This document shows positions 45,505 to 63,104 of a stretch of 64,000 nt of DNA, one piece after another. Both the position numbers and the translations under genes were made by a program. Within the stretch, counting starts at the first letter, position 1. Every line of letters starts with the position of its first letter. The notes beneath the pieces are model-generated. The model saw only the letters and a list, made by a program, of their open reading frames with translations. It did not search any database and was not told the DNA's origin. Source of the stretch: the human T2T-CHM13v2.0 reference genome, Homo sapiens; NCBI RefSeq assembly GCF_009914755.1, contig NC_060925.1; one strand, written 5' to 3'.

Positions 45505-47347
45505 CTAAGTGATTGTGAAAACTCTGATGTCAGATGCATCTGGAAAGTTTAAATTGTTTCATGAAATGTGCATATGGAAAAAGTAATACTTTTAAATATG
45601 ATTTTCACATAATATGTGAACTTAAATATATATGTCACTGAATTAACAAACCATATAAGTAGTCAGCTGAAGGTTTCAACCACATCCCTAAAGGATTACG
45701 TATTTATGTTTGCCAAGACACATTTCTGAGGATCTCATTGGAAAGACAGGAACCACTTTACATTTAGACCTATATGATTCATTAAAGCTCCTAATCATGT
45801 TCTTTAACTTTTTTTTTCTTTGCCTTTTACTCAAGTAGGAAAAGATTTTCACTTAAGTGGAGAGGCAAGGAATAAGGGCAAAAGGAAACTGGCTCTTAAG
45901 GCTGACTTGACTAGCAGGACCTAGGGCGTGAAAAAGAATGGAGAGAATGTGCTTATTATATCTTTAATGAACCCTTAATTTGAAAGCCTCCTAGTGAAAG
46001 AGTCTCAGAGGGAAGAGCCGTGAGAGCAGCAGGGGATGTGGCTCATTTGTTCTCACTCTTTCTCCCTGACCAGCAGCTGTCCCTGTCGGGCTGCGGAGGG
46101 CCCAGTCCTGTCACTATCCCGCATCCACAGGACGAGCTCAGCTCGGGTGTCTTAGGGGAATGCACACCAAATTCGAGGGCAAGTGTGAAGAAAGAAAGTA
46201 TGGGAGTTTTTAAGAAAGCTTCTAAAAGGCTGAAAAGATACGCAAATGAAGAAACTCGGGGCTCAACACACCACTTTAAAGGACTACAGGATCCTGTTTG
46301 CAGAGTTTAGAATGAAGATATTTCTAGCAGTACATTTCTCAAAAAGGAAAGAAGGGAGAAAAAAAGAATGGCACTTAGTCTCTATTGCTAAATACCGTAT
46401 TTCAATTTTGAAGAACATTTTTAACCCAAATTCTAGCTACAACCAGTCTCTTCCTAGCAGCCTTGGACTAAAAGTACCTCAGAAATAGAACAATGCCAGA
46501 TTTGATTATTGACTGTTCAGATTGTGTATAGAAATCTAGTGACTGGCTCCACATTGTAAAATAATTATAGCACAACAGAGATGACTCTTGTATTAGTTAA
46601 AAAGCCAAGAAGATGAAGGGGTACACTGTTAAAATATTGACTTCCCTTCATTTACTCTGACTTCTGATGGGAAGAGGTTGCAGAGGGGTATGGAAGAGGG
46701 TGTATGAGTAAGGACCTAAATTTACAATTAACCAGGACTAATCATAGAAGTGCTAGAAGAAGTAATAAATGAAAACAATCCATTTTTTCCATTAGTGAAA
46801 AACTTAAAACCCCCTGTATGTGAAAACACAAAAAGGTAAAAAAAAAAAAAAAAAAAAGAAGAACTTTAAAAAAATCATAATACATGCAACAGAATCCATA
46901 CATTTTATATCTATGTATACTAATAGAAAAAAAATTTTAATACAAAGAGTTCATACCAGATGAATTAGAGAGGTTTTAGCTATGGCTTCTCTTCTCCTAG
47001 CAAACCCCCTGACCCCTGCTAAGAGACCCCCCAACCCCTTAATACAGTGTAGGCGCCTGACTAAAGCTAGGCTAACCAGTGTTTCCCTGGGATGCTTGTA
47101 ATTGATACAAATAGGAAGACCCTCTTGCCTGTTGGGCCACAGAGGTGGAAGGATTGAATCTGGGGTTGCCAGGAGGTCATGAAAAAAAAATGAAACCAAG
47201 GTGACAAGCAAAAATGGGAGACGGGGACAGAGGGCATTGCTTGACTCCCTGAATCCAGTCAGGCCCAAGCCTGATCAGCTTCATTCCTGTTAGGTAAACC
47301 AACATATCACTTTTCTGCAGAGGTAAATCAAGTTGAGTTTCTGTCAC

Positions 47348-47650
<303 letters not shown>

Positions 47651-48179
47651 TCTGTGGCTTTTGAGGGAAGGAGTCCTAACTGCTACAGAACAGACAGTTC
47701 TCAGAACCTTCTATCCTCTCACTGTCTTGCCAGTTCCTCTGCTCTGTCCTCATTGGCACTGCCGTGTGCATTGCCCTAGCCAACTGAAATTTCTCCTCCC
47801 TCTATTGTCCAGGGTCCTCTCAGGCCTCCACTACCACCCAGCTTCAGGCCCACCCTTGTGTAGTCACAGTCTATGGCAATGCTCAACTAAACAGACTGCC
47901 CTGTTTTCCTCCCCAGGATTACTGCAGCAGGCTTCTAAGCAGCCTCCCTACCTCCAGTTCTCATGGGTACTGCTGCCCGAGTGGTCTTTCGAGAATTCAG
48001 ATCCACTCTTGTGACTTTCCTGCTTAAAACCCTTCAGAGGCTCTCCCCATGACTTTTGGAATAAAACCCCAAATCCTTAATTTGTCTTGCAAGGCCCTGG
48101 GGATCTGGCAGAGGTGCACGGCTCAGCTTCATCCCCTGCCGGCCTGCACTCTGCACTCCAGCCAGGAGCCAAGCCAGTG

Positions 48180-48720
48180 CTGTAAATGGGTTGAGACTTT
48201 TGGGGACCTTGGGATGGATGAATGCATTTTGCATGTGGGGTGGGTGTGACTCTTTACAGCCCAGAGGGCACACTGTGGTAAGCTGAAGAATGATGTCCAC
48301 ATCCAAATCCACGGAACCTATAAATATATTATGTTACATGGTAAAAGAGACTTTACGGAAGTGATGAAATTAGGGATCTTGGCTTTATCTCGAATGCTTT
48401 CAGTGGACACAGTATAATCACAAGGATTCGTACAAGAGGGAAGCAAGAGAATCAGAGTTAGAGAAAGAAGATGTAATAACAGAAGCAGAGATTGGAGATA
48501 GAAGATATATTACACTGCTGGCGTTGAAGATGGAGAAAGGAGCTATGGACCGAGGCGGGTCGGTGATGTGTAGAAGCTAGAAAGGCAATGAAACAGGTTC
48601 TCTCCTGTTGCCTTCAGAAGGAAGGCGGCCCTCCAGAAGTGTCACGTCATAAATCTGTGTCATTTTAAGCCACTGAATGTGTGTTAATTTGTTAAAGCAG
48701 CAGTAGGAAAATAATATAGC
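48180..48720 (+). mobile_element. MLT1 internal 3' end plus MLT1D-like LTR
   Basis: gttgagacttttggggaccttgggatgg...cactgtggtaagctgaagaatg...aaatctgtgtcattttaagccactgaatgtgtgttaatttgttaaagcagcagtaggaaa. Confidence 0.75.
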
Positions 48721-49141
48721 AGATTTTCTGGGCACTGACAGTTTTGGAATTAAAGAGAGTTGTGGGTGTGTCCAGCTTGTTCAGGAAGGCTGGAGTCTGA
48801 TTTTAATTTTTGGCTGGCTTCTATGGCACAATGAGTGTGAGAAAAATGATCTGCCTGTAAGAAAAACTAGATCATTTAACTTTTTGTTTTTAGCTTTGAC
48901 ATGCGCAGTTTCTCAGTTTAGTGGGAAAAAAAACTGGCAAGGTTTTGGTTAGTCACAGAAAAAGTTTAGCAATTCTGCACAAATGGTGGGTTTTTATTTG
49001 TTAAAATATCAAAGACATGATGGATGATACATTTCTTTGTTATAATATTTTGTTAACTTTTACCAATGTAATTTTATTTTTCTGGCAATATTTTTACCCA
49101 CCAGAAAAATCTAGTTTTAAAGCATGTTTATTCTGTAGTAG

Positions 49142-49482
<341 letters not shown>

Positions 49483-50080
49483 GTAGTCAGGTCTTAAATG
49501 CAGTCTCCTGGGGACCAGGCAACAGGCATAGTTAATAGCTGAATTCCTAAGATCTTTGGTCTTATTTTGGATCACAGTAAATGTGATTCCCATTCACATG
49601 TGTTTTGTCTCATTTGATAATCAGAGAGGAGAAATTAGAAATGGAGAAAACAAGGTAGGGTTGTATGTATGCAGCTTTCTGGGGTATAAACCACGGATTT
49701 TGTCTCTCTTCTATTTTATTGTGTCCAAGTGGCATTTAGCATAATTGACTAGTCCTGTTCCACTACAGTAAGCTAATCAAGTACTTTTAGTTTGTTTTGA
49801 AGTTTAAGCTCCAAATGGCATTTTGGCCCAGTTTAAATCATCAATACAGTTTTTTCTATATTTCTGTGAAATACCTATATGTTCATAACAAATAAGATAC
49901 TTGACAGAGTTACATATCAGACTACTAAGAAGAGGAGACCTCTGTGATTAATCTTAGATAGTTAGATAGTTCTGTGATCAAGAATACATACATATTTTAT
50001 TAATTAGCATTATGGTAGTTATTAAGGCTATCCATAAATATTCCAATTCTCCTCCCAAGCACAAGAGTAGGATTGTATAA

Positions 50081-52148
<2,068 letters not shown>

Positions 52149-52164
52149 TATTTTTTTCCTCTCT

Positions 52165-52725
<561 letters not shown>

Positions 52726-54040
52726 AAAAACACTCTGGGTAAAAATTGAATGTGGTTCTTCCAAGTTCGTTGATTTTCTGTGTGTGTATATAATACTTAT
52801 TTGAAAAACTTGGAGATATATTATCTTTTTAAAACAGCCTTAACTTATAATTCCCAGTGGAATTTATATCATAGCTTATTTTAATTATTGACATGGTGAC
52901 TTAATGACTTTTAATAAATTTGTTGGTATGCAATTAAATCTGTTCTGAGCAATTTTTTACAACTCTGTTTACTTTCTTAAGATTGTAAATGTTTGCAGTC
53001 TACCTTGAAAAGCAACTTTGTGAAAAATGTTAGGTGCTTTAAAACTGATTTGCCCCACTTCATGTTTGTTTGATATAAAATGAGATACATGGCTGTATTT
53101 TAATTTATAGAAAAATAACTTCCAAAAAGCTGAGACTTTACATGCCAACTTTATTACTACTAAATAATTGTAACAAAATACTAATAACTCTAATAATCTC
53201 TGTGGACAGGTAATTGTAATGGAAGTATTGACTTCAGGTAATTGTATTGATACTGGTGGCTTGAGTTAATTGTTGAATCTGGCAGCTTGGGCTTCATTTG
53301 TAAACATCCTGAAATTCTGAGAGTCAAGGTGGCTTCTCTGATCACCATCATTCAGAAGACAAGATAAAATTCCTTTGTATTTGAAGGAGACAGTGTCCTA
53401 TCTCATGTTAATACCGCTTGAGAAATCAAGTGTAAGACATCAAATGGGATTGTTTTCTTAGAGATTACATCCTGTGGGTTACTCCCCCAAAGCTAGCATT
53501 ATTGTTTATTTTATAGCCAAATTTTTAAAATGTGTGTGTACTTCACCACAAATCTCTTGCTTCTAGTTGTCAAATTATTTTTTCTAGTTTTCATGTGCTT
53601 CTGAAATGCAGTTGTGCAAATGTACACACACACATGCTCACAGTCTGTGTGCAGGGCACACCCTTTGAGAGTCCCAATTTAGTGCTTTTATGTCTCCTCT
53701 CTGTGTAGGGCACTCATTAGCAGTCCCAAGAGCCGATACTCTAATCCCCACTACTTTTCTCTAGGCCTCCAGCATCTATCTGGCCCCTGAGATTTCTCTG
53801 TAAGACAGACTTCCTATTGCTGAACCCAGAAAAAGAAAATGAGATTCCTCTCCAGACTATCAATTCAGAACCAATTTGCAAAGGGAACCTTACAGGGCAA
53901 CAGCTTTCTTAGACTAAGTGGGATAAAAAAGGTAAAGAAGTGATAGGAGAAAAGCAGTTCCATTCCTTGCAGACAATGCTTTTAGTCGGCATCCTGAACA
54001 TGGGTGTTGTTCCCTTTAGTATTAAGAAGGTGAGGTTTGA

Positions 54041-54374
<334 letters not shown>

Positions 54375-54846
54375 TAAAGAAGATCCTCTTGGTATTTTCA
54401 CTGTCCCTTTGGGAGATATCAAAGGGAATAAGGGATTGGGAAGCTCGCGACAACAGCATAAGTATAGTGAGTTTGACTGTCTTCAGCATCAGAGAAACTA
54501 AGAAGAGAATGATCGGTTTACTCTAGACACTGACAAGTATATTCGATTCATAAAGAAATAAAATTACTTCAAGCAAAGGAAAAAATTGTTTGATTTGTTG
54601 TTTAAATAAATCTGTCACTACCTGACAGTAGTAGTGCAAACATTCTTGAGAAATGGATGTTTTTCCCAACTGATGGAGCCCCTAAATATTAATAATAAAA
54701 AAAGTTAAAGAGTTTGCTGGTCTGGTGGGTCTCCCTGTCGACCCTGAGATAGCTCCACAGAGCCCCAAGGCTTAGGTTGAAAGCTGGCTCTGTAGAGAGC
54801 CAAATGGGGAAATACTAAGTGTAAAGGATCTTTCTGCTGAAATAGA

Positions 54847-55005
54847 CGTGCTCAAACTTTTTTGAGTGAAGAATAACCTAAGACTCTTGTTTAAAATGCA
54901 GATTCCTGGGCTTCACTTCCACAGACTCCTACTTGAGATGTCTTGAGTGGGGCCTGGGAAACTCTATTTTAACACACATCCCAGATGATTCTGATTCAAG
55001 TGTGG
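54847..55005. mobile_element. MER5-family hAT MITE
   Basis: tttaaaatgcagattcctgggc...tggggcctgggaaactctattttaacacacatcccagatgattctgat. Confidence 0.7.
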
Positions 55006-55574
55006 ATGGCTGATGAAAAACGAACTGCCTGTGGAGACCCTGTCAAAAGCCTTTATCTTAGTCGCAGTTGGTCTCGGTTTGTTTTAGGGAGAATACTTAG
55101 TTCACAAGTGTCAAATACCATCAAAATAGTTTTTTCTTGCTAAAAGAAACAGTATCTTAGTTGCTTCGTCTGTCATCTCGCAATTTATTCTCTTTTCTTA
55201 TTTCTGGAGCACCTCAGATATTGCATAGCTCTCAGCCCCCTCTGCTGGGTCTGCTTTATCCGAGCTGCTGCTGGTAGTGAACCACGTGTCTCACTGCTCC
55301 CACCACTTTCTCCTTCCCCCTCCTTCCAGCCCTGTTGGTTTGTTTGCTTGTTCTTCTTCTTTTTTTTTTTTTTTTTTTTTTTAAGAAAGCAGATCTCTTT
55401 AAACCTACCCTTTCCCAACACACAAATCCCAAAGTAGAAGTTAAATGTTTATAAACAAATATAAAACTGACTTCTTTATGCAAATGCGCCAACAAGTTAA
55501 GTATACACATGCTCCTAAGGTGGATTTTCTGGAGAATACACCAATATAACAAGCCTTAAAAAATCATGTTTTCA

Positions 55575-56320
55575 AGTAAATAAAACCCACAGTGAGATCC
55601 CACTACACACTACCTAGAATGACAGTAGTTGAAAAGACAATGCCAAGTGTTGGTGGTGCAGATGTGGAGAAACTACAGCCCTTCTGCATTGTTGATGGGA
55701 ATGTAAAATGGTGCAGCCACCTTGGAAAACAGTTTGGAAGGTCTTAAATAATGAAACATAAACTTACTATGTAATCTAGCAGTTCTACTCCTAGGAATCT
55801 ACCTAAGGGAAATGAAAACGTGTCTACAAAAAGACTTCTATCTGAATGTTCATAACATCGCTATTCATAATAACCACAAACTGAACACAATATCAATGTC
55901 CATCAAGGGATGGGGAGATGAACAAAATGTGGTGTATCCATACATTGGAATATTATTTAGCAATGAAAACAAATAGAATACTGTTATATGCTACAATTTG
56001 GATGAATCTCAAAAACATTATGCCAAGTGAAAAATGCTGGGCACAAAAGGCTAAATATTGTGTGATTTCATGACATGAATCTAGAAAAGGCAAATTTCTA
56101 GAGACTGAAAGCAGATCTGTGGTTGCCCAGCACTATGAATGAGAGCAGAGATGACCTGTAAGTGGTGATAAAGAAACTTTCTGGGATGATGGCACTATGT
56201 TGAAACTGGATTGTCGTGATGACTGCATAGCTCTATAAATTTACTAAAATCATTTAATCATATAGTTGTAGTGGGGGAATTTTATAGAATGTAAATTTTA
56301 CCCCCATAAGGCTGTTAAAT
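55575..56320 (+). mobile_element. Old L1 (L1MC/ME-type) ORF2 end and 3' UTR
   Basis: gatgtggagaaact...gatgggaatgtaaaatggtgcagccaccttggaaaacagtttgg...tggatgaatctcaaaaacattatgccaagtgaaa. Confidence 0.8.
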
Positions 56321-57517
56321 ATTTGTTTTTAAAAATAAGCCATATAGCATAATTAAATAATTAATAGTTCTTTTCTCTGCAAAAGAAATAGAGAGGCACT
56401 ATGGTCAAAGTGTGGTCTGGGGGTCCCTGAGACTTTCTCAGGGAGTTCTTGAAGCCATTTTCCTAATGATACTAAGAGGCTATTTGCTTTTCTCATGGTG
56501 TTGACATATGCACTGATGCTGCAACAGCAACAGTAAGGTAAACTGCTGGTGCCTTAGCCTAAACCAAGGCATTGGCATCAAACCTTCTTAGTAGACATTG
56601 TATTCTCCACTGCTGTTTTCACTTAAGAATGCTCTCAATGAAGCAGTAAAAATTATTTAATTTTATAAAATGTTGTGGCTTGTGTGCATACCTTTATTTA
56701 ACTTTTATTTTCAGGTCAGGGGTACACATGGAGGTTTGTTACATAGGTAAATGCGTGTCATAGGGGTTTGTTGTACAGATTATTTCATCACCCAGGTATT
56801 AAGGCTAATACCCATCAGTTATTTTTCCTGATCCTCTCCCACCTCCCACCTTCCACCCTCTAATAGGACCCAGTGTGTGATGTTCCCCTCTATGTGTCCA
56901 TGTCTTCTCATTATTTAGCTCCCACTTATAATTGGGAACATGCGATATTTGGTTTTTGTTTCTCTGTTATTTTGCTAAGGATAATGGCCTTCAGTTCCAT
57001 CCATGTTCCTGCAAAGGACATGACCTCATTCTTTTTTATGGCTGCATGGTATTCCAGATGTATATGTACCACATTTTCTTTATTCAGTCTACCACTGGTG
57101 GGCATTTGGGTTGATTCCATGTCTTTGCTATTGTGAGTAGTTCTGCAATGCACATGTGCCTGTGTGTGTCTTTATGATAGAACGATTTATATTCCTTTGG
57201 GTATATAATCGGTAATGGGATTACTGGGTCAAATGGTAGTTCTATTTTTAGATCTTTGAGGAATCACCACACTGTCTTTCAAAATGGTTGAATTAATTTA
57301 CACTCCTACCAACAGTGTATAAGTCCACAACTTCAATAGCATCTGTTATTTTTCGACTTTTTAATAGCCATTCTGATTGATATGAGATAGTATCTCATTG
57401 TGGTTTTGATTTGCATTTCCTGATGATCAGTGATGTTAAACTTTTTTTCATATGATTGTTGGCTGCATGTCTGTCTTCTTTTGAGAAGTGTTTGTTCATG
57501 TCTTTTGTCCACTTTTT

Positions 57518-57809
57518 TTTTTTTTTTTTGAGACGGAGTCTCGCTGTCGCCCAGGCTGGAGTGCAGTGGTGCAATCTCGGCTCACTGCAGGCTCCGCCCC
57601 CTGGGGTTCACGCCATTCTCCTGCCTCAGCCTCCCGAGTAGCTGGGACTACAGGCGCCCGCCACCTCGCCCGGCTAATTTTTTGTATTTTTAGTAGAGAC
57701 GGGGTTTCACCGTGTTAGCCAGGATGGTCTGGATCTCCTGACCTCGTGATCCGCCCGCCTCGGCCTCCCAAAGTGCTGGGATTACAGGCGTGAGCCACCG
57801 CGCCCGGCC
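57518..57809 (-). mobile_element. Young AluY, AluYe5-like
   Basis: Sense-strand diagnostics gggcgaggtggcggg, aaccccagggggcggagcctgcag and gcgacagcgagactcc (2-bp deletion). TSD ttgtccacttttt at 57505-57517 and 57810-57822. Confidence 0.85.
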
Positions 57810-58749
57810 TTGTCCACTTTTTAATGGGGGTTGTTTGGGGGTTTTTTTCTTGTAAATTTGTTTAAGTTCCTTATTGATGCTGGATATTAGACCTTGTCAA
57901 ATGCATAGTTTGCAAAATTTTTCTCCCATTCTGTAGGTTGTCTGTTCACTCTGATGATAGTTTTTTGTTTTTTGTTTCATTTTGTTTTGCTGAGCAGAAG
58001 CTCTTTAGTTTAATTAAATCCCATTTGTCAATTTTTGCTCTTGTTGCAGTTGTTTTTGATGTCTTTGTCATGAAATCTTTGTCCATTCCTATGTCCAAAA
58101 TGCTGTTGCCTAGGTTGTCTTCCAGAGTTTTTATAGTTTTGGGTTTTACATTTAAGCCTTTAATCCATCTTGAGTTAATTTTTGTATATCGTGTAAGGAA
58201 GGGGTCCAGTTTCAAGCTTCTGCATATGGCTAGCCAGTTATCCCAGCACCATTTATTGAATAGGGAATCGTTTCCTCATTGCTTGTTATTGTCAGGTTTG
58301 TCAAAGATCAGATAGTTGTAGGTGTACAGGCTTATTTCTGGGTTCTCTGTTTTGTTCCATTGGTCTATGTGTCTGTTTTTGTACCAGTACCATGCTGTTT
58401 TGGTTGCTGTAGTCCTGTAGCATAAAGTCAGGTAGTGTGATGCCTCCAGCTTTGTTCTTTTTCCTTAGGACAGCCTTGGCTATTTGGGCTTTTTTTTTTT
58501 TTTTTTTTCGGTTCCATGTGAATTTTAAAATAGTTTTATTCTAGTTCTGTGAAGACATTGGTAGTTTAATAGAAATAGCATTGAATCTATAAATTGCTTT
58601 GGGTAGTATGGCCTTTTTAACAATATTGATTCTTTCTATCCATAAACGTGGAATGTTTTTTCCACTTGCGTCATCTCTCATTTCTTTGAGCAGTGTTTTG
58701 TAGTTCTCGTAGAAATCTTTTAGCTCCCTGCTTAGCTGTGTTCCTAGGA

Positions 58750-58751
<2 letters not shown>

Positions 58752-58797
<46 letters not shown>
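58752..58797 (+). repeat. (TG)n microsatellite, ~22 units
   Basis: Pure GT run inside the L1. Confidence 0.95.
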
Positions 58798-58798
<1 letters not shown>

Positions 58799-58883
58799 TG
58801 AATGGGACTGCATTCCTAATTTAGCTCTTGGCATGACTGTTGTTGGTGTATAGGAGTGCTAGTGATTTTTGTTTTTGTATGGT

Positions 58884-59141
58884 TTTTTTTTTTTTTTGAG
58901 ATGGAGTCTTGCTCTGTTGCCCAGGCTGGAGTGCAGGTCATGATCGATTCTCCTGCCTTAGCCCCCCAAGTAGCTGGGATTAGAGGCACACACCACCATG
59001 CCTGGCTAATTTTTATATTTTCGTAGAGATGGAGTTTCATCATGTTGGCCAGGCTGCTCTGGAGCTCCTGACCTCACATAATCTGCCTGCCTCAGCCTCC
59101 TAAAGTGCTAGGATTGCAAGCATGAGCCACTGTGCCCAGCC
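58884..59141 (-). mobile_element. AluS with internal deletion, inside the L1
   Basis: Antisense Alu lacking part of the right arm. Confidence 0.85.
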
Positions 59142-59689
59142 ACGGTATACATTGATTTTGTACCTTGATTTTGTGTCCTGAGACTTTGGATGCATATCTT
59201 TTTAATAGCCTGTGTGATGAAATGGGAAGTATGCATAAAGCATTTCTTCTGCATGTCCAGGTTAGACGGTTATCATGGAGAAAAGCACCTCTATAGCTGA
59301 TTGAGTTGAAAGCTGAACTAGGCATTGTTTTTTATAGGACATCTTCTCTATTTTAAAAATATATATCTCTGGCAGATAAATTATGGATATTCAGACCTGG
59401 TATTTGGTAAATCATTTTCTTAAAAAAGAGTAAGGGAGCCTGACACTTCAAGAAAAATAACTGACAGTATCTCTTGCCAGTGATAAAATTCAAACTTTAA
59501 ACAAAATCTATAAGTTTGGAAAACTTATATTCACTACCATGAGCTTGACAGCTTCAGTCAATGGTTTTCTGATGAGATTGATGGTGATTTTAACAAATGG
59601 GATTTTTTTATGTTGTACAATGAAATGTGTCAAAATTTGGAGATTATAGGTAAAAGGGTCTTGACCCTAAAAAGTTTGAGAAATGCTGA

Positions 59690-59970
59690 GCTAGTAGTGA
59701 ACAGCATGGAGTTTGGGGCCAAACTGCTTGGGTTCAAATCCCTGCGCTACTGCTTATTACTTGTATGGTCTCAGGTAAGTGCTTCACCGCTGTATGCCTC
59801 AGCTTCCTCATCTGTAAAATGGGGATAATAATGGTACCCAACCGTGAGAGGTATTGTAGGCATAAAAATGAGTTAATATATATAAATATTAGTGAATGTT
59901 AAAATGAATTAATATTTGGAAGTGCTTAGAATAATGCCTGACTTACAGTAAGTGCTCAGTGAGTGGTTAT
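59690..59970 (+). mobile_element. MIR
   Basis: ctgcttgggttcaaatccc...gcctcagcttcctcatctgtaaaatggggataataatggtacc. Confidence 0.85.
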
Positions 59971-61923
59971 TATTGGTCTTGGTGAGAGAAAATTTGTAAA
60001 ACTGAGCAAACACATTGTAAATACATAGTAGAAGAAAGTTTTTTTGGAATTATATGGGAAATCCTAAACTGCTTTTCTTCCTGTTGCCTCTGTCTCACTT
60101 TTGGCCCTGGAAGCGCACTCCTGGGAGTGATGCGTTACTGAGGGCCGGCTTCTTCTCAGTCCTGCTTGTCCATTGAGCCTCTGTTGTTTGGGGAGATCCT
60201 TCCTTACTTAGCAACCACAGAATGGGTTTTTAAGAAAGACTTGCTGAGGCAACATAATTTTCAAGGGTACAGTTAAATAAATGGAATATAAACAACATAC
60301 CACTGTATATCCTTTGCATTTTTAGAATTAGAAGTCACTTTCCTGCCTCAGCAATGTTTAAAATTACAGTGCATTTCTTTTAAGCTCAAAGAGTTGCGGA
60401 AATTATGTGAAAGAGAAAGAGGATAAGGTCTTGTTCATTTTCAGTGTTTAATCTAAGACAACATAAGATTTAAAGGAGAAAAGGACCAACTTGGAAGGAA
60501 CTTACGCCTTCAGTCCTACAAAGAGACTACATTTGAGCTATTCTTACCTCTAACTTTTAAAAACACGTGAATGACTTTTTGACATCGTTCATTCATTCAC
60601 CAGTATTTGCTGAGTGCCGCTCATGAAGTGCCAGGCCCCTTACCCCATGTGGTAAAGAAAGGACATGGGCCCTGCCCTTCTGTTGTGAGTGCATTCGGGT
60701 TTTCTAATTTCTCCCACCTGCTTTGTAAAAGATTAGGAGTGTTCATCTACTGTTCCCTGACATACGTCAACAGACAGAACAATATGTTTTATCCTTCTTA
60801 AATGTTCATGAAAACATTCTGAAGTTAGTATAAGGTAAAGAAGGTAAGATAGACTGCAAGAAACTTATGATTGTTTCTTTTCCTAAAAGAAAACAAACAA
60901 AATCACATATTTTTTGGAGTACTGATGATAGGCACATAAGCTCATGTTTGATAGTTAATAACAAACAACTAGAATATGTAAGTCATTGGAGTTTCACTGA
61001 CTTAAGTGGCTTCTGCTGTCCCAGGAGAAATAGGACCTCAAAAAGAGCTCATTTGGGGACCATCTGTTTTATGTGTCATCCCACATCACTCTGCATGTGA
61101 TGAGAATGTTGCATCGGCCCATGGCAGTTTTTATTCCTCACTCTAGATTTGGTCTTTAATTGTGGCCTTACCTCAAGTTCCTCGAGTGTATATAGTCACC
61201 TGTTACATAGGTTCAGAGTGGTCTTTCCTTTCATTTCAGGGGTATGTTTTGTGAGCAAATTATAAAGCACCTTGAATATCTTTTTAAGATAACGTTGAAA
61301 AATGCAGAGCAGTAGTATTATTGAGATCATGTCCTTACTGATATACTAGCATTTTAAGATTTGAGAGTATTTCCTTCCCATGTGGCTAGTTATTGGGAAT
61401 AAGAAATTAGGTCAGGCTAAAAGCCAAAGAAGTGTTTCTTGAATACAGGCTAGGATTGAATTGTAGTAATTCAATTGAATTCAATCTCAGCATTTGTCGT
61501 GGGTTTTAGTCATGTTCCTGTTCCTGTCACGGCTAGGGCCTTCAGCAAACTTTACATCTCAGTAAGTGCAGTTGTCTTTTACAAATAAATTGCACGGAAG
61601 TCAGTTAACCTGAGCAAGTGAACAAAGGCTGTGATTGTATTGCTGCTGTTTCTCTTGATACTAGATCTTCTGTTCTTTGATTCATTACTATTAGTGTTAA
61701 AGAATTAAATATTAACTGTACATTGTTTTCTAAACAGAGTCATAGTTGTTATAAAGCTAATTTCACTTTTCATAGCAGTGCTCCCTGTTTGGCAGGTTCT
61801 ACCTGTTCTGTGTGTCATCTTTGCAAGGACTTTTGCCCTTGTGAGGTAACCAGCCGTAGTATAGGGCCCCAAACAGATTGAACGTTTGTGTGATGAAAAC
61901 TCATACACTTGTTTAATTGTGGA

Positions 61924-61965
61924 TTCTAATCCTGTCTTTCACATGTCTGTGTTTATGTGTTTCAG
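61924..61965 (+). promoter_or_regulatory. Branch point (TTCTAAT), UG-rich pyrimidine tract and AG acceptor
   Basis: YNYTRAY match at 61924-61930, about 36 nt upstream of the AG at 61964-61965. Confidence 0.6.
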
Positions 61966-62042
61966 GAAAAAAGTGCCAGCTCAAATGTAAGACTTAAAAC
62001 TAATAAAGAGGTTCCGGGATTAGTTCATCAACCCAGAGCAAA
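61966..62042 (+). CDS. C1orf21: Internal 77-nt coding exon of C1orf21 (probably exon 4), phase 0 in / phase 2 out
   Basis: Acceptor ...gtgtttcag|G and donor AA|gtaagt. Translation EKSASSNVRLKTNKEVPGLVHQPRA+AA matches the recalled C1orf21 peptide ...NQENLEKSASSNVRLKTNKEVPGLVHQPRANMHISES... Confidence 0.93.
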
Positions 62043-62070
62043 GTAAGTTCTAGTTTCTGTTTTCCTTATA

Positions 62071-62410
62071 TAGTCGGCCTTCCATATCCATGGATTCTGC
62101 ATCTGTGGATTCAACTACCCATGGATCAAAAATATTCAAAAAATAATAATTCTACAAAGTTCCAAAAAACAAAATTTGAACTTGCCGCACACCAAGTACT
62201 ATGTTGAATTCATGTGAATGAAGTGATGTGTAGGCACTTCATTAGGTATTATAAGTAATCTAGAGATGATTTAGAGTATATGAGAGGATGTGTGGGGGTT
62301 ATGCAAATTCTATACCATTTTATATCAGGGATTTGAGAATCTGCAGATTTTGTTATCTATCTGCAGGGAGGTCATGGAACCAATCCCCCACAGATACCAA
62401 GGAACAACTG
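62071..62410 (-). mobile_element. MER2/MER2B (Tigger-class) DNA transposon
   Basis: agtcggccttccatatccatggattctgcatctgtggattcaac...ggaaccaatcccccacagataccaaggaacaactg. Confidence 0.8.
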
Positions 62411-62751
62411 CATTGTTTTTAAAGCTAAAAATGTTTTCAGAGTGAGTTCCATTTTGCCTACCAGATAATCAAGATCTAATATAAAGCTTTAGTAATTGAG
62501 AAAATGTGGTTTGGTGTAACAGAACAGAATAATGAAAACAGACCTACAATACATGACAAAGCTGACTTTGTAGGCCAGTTAGAAGAAAACAGAGGAGACT
62601 ATCACTATGACCATGAGGTAGGGAAGAATTTTGCATATAAGACACAAAGGATGTAGTTCTTAAGGATAATCATTAATTAATATGACTGCACTAAAATTAA
62701 GAAGCTCTTAAAGCTCTTAAAGGTAAAACCCAAATGTCCATTGAAAATATA

Positions 62752-63104
<353 letters not shown>

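Larger units (their letters stand above)
56695..59188 (-). mobile_element. 5'-truncated primate L1 (old L1PA, about L1PA13-16)
   Basis: ORF2 remnants [37 protein letters not shown]...[19 protein letters not shown]; L1PA-type 3' UTR. Confidence 0.92.
56397..59688 (+). mobile_element. Charlie1a-like hAT transposon, split by an L1PA insertion
   Basis: 5' part tcaaagtgtggtctgggggtccctgagac...gttgacatatgcactgatg resumes at ~59190 (ctgtgtgatgaaatgggaagtatgcataaagca) and ends aaaaagtttgagaaatgctg. Confidence 0.82.

Noticed and set aside
61468-61484. Overlapping palindromes AATTCAATTGAATT / ATTGAATTCAAT
   Set aside because: Short AT-rich palindromes are expected by chance or from decayed simple repeats.
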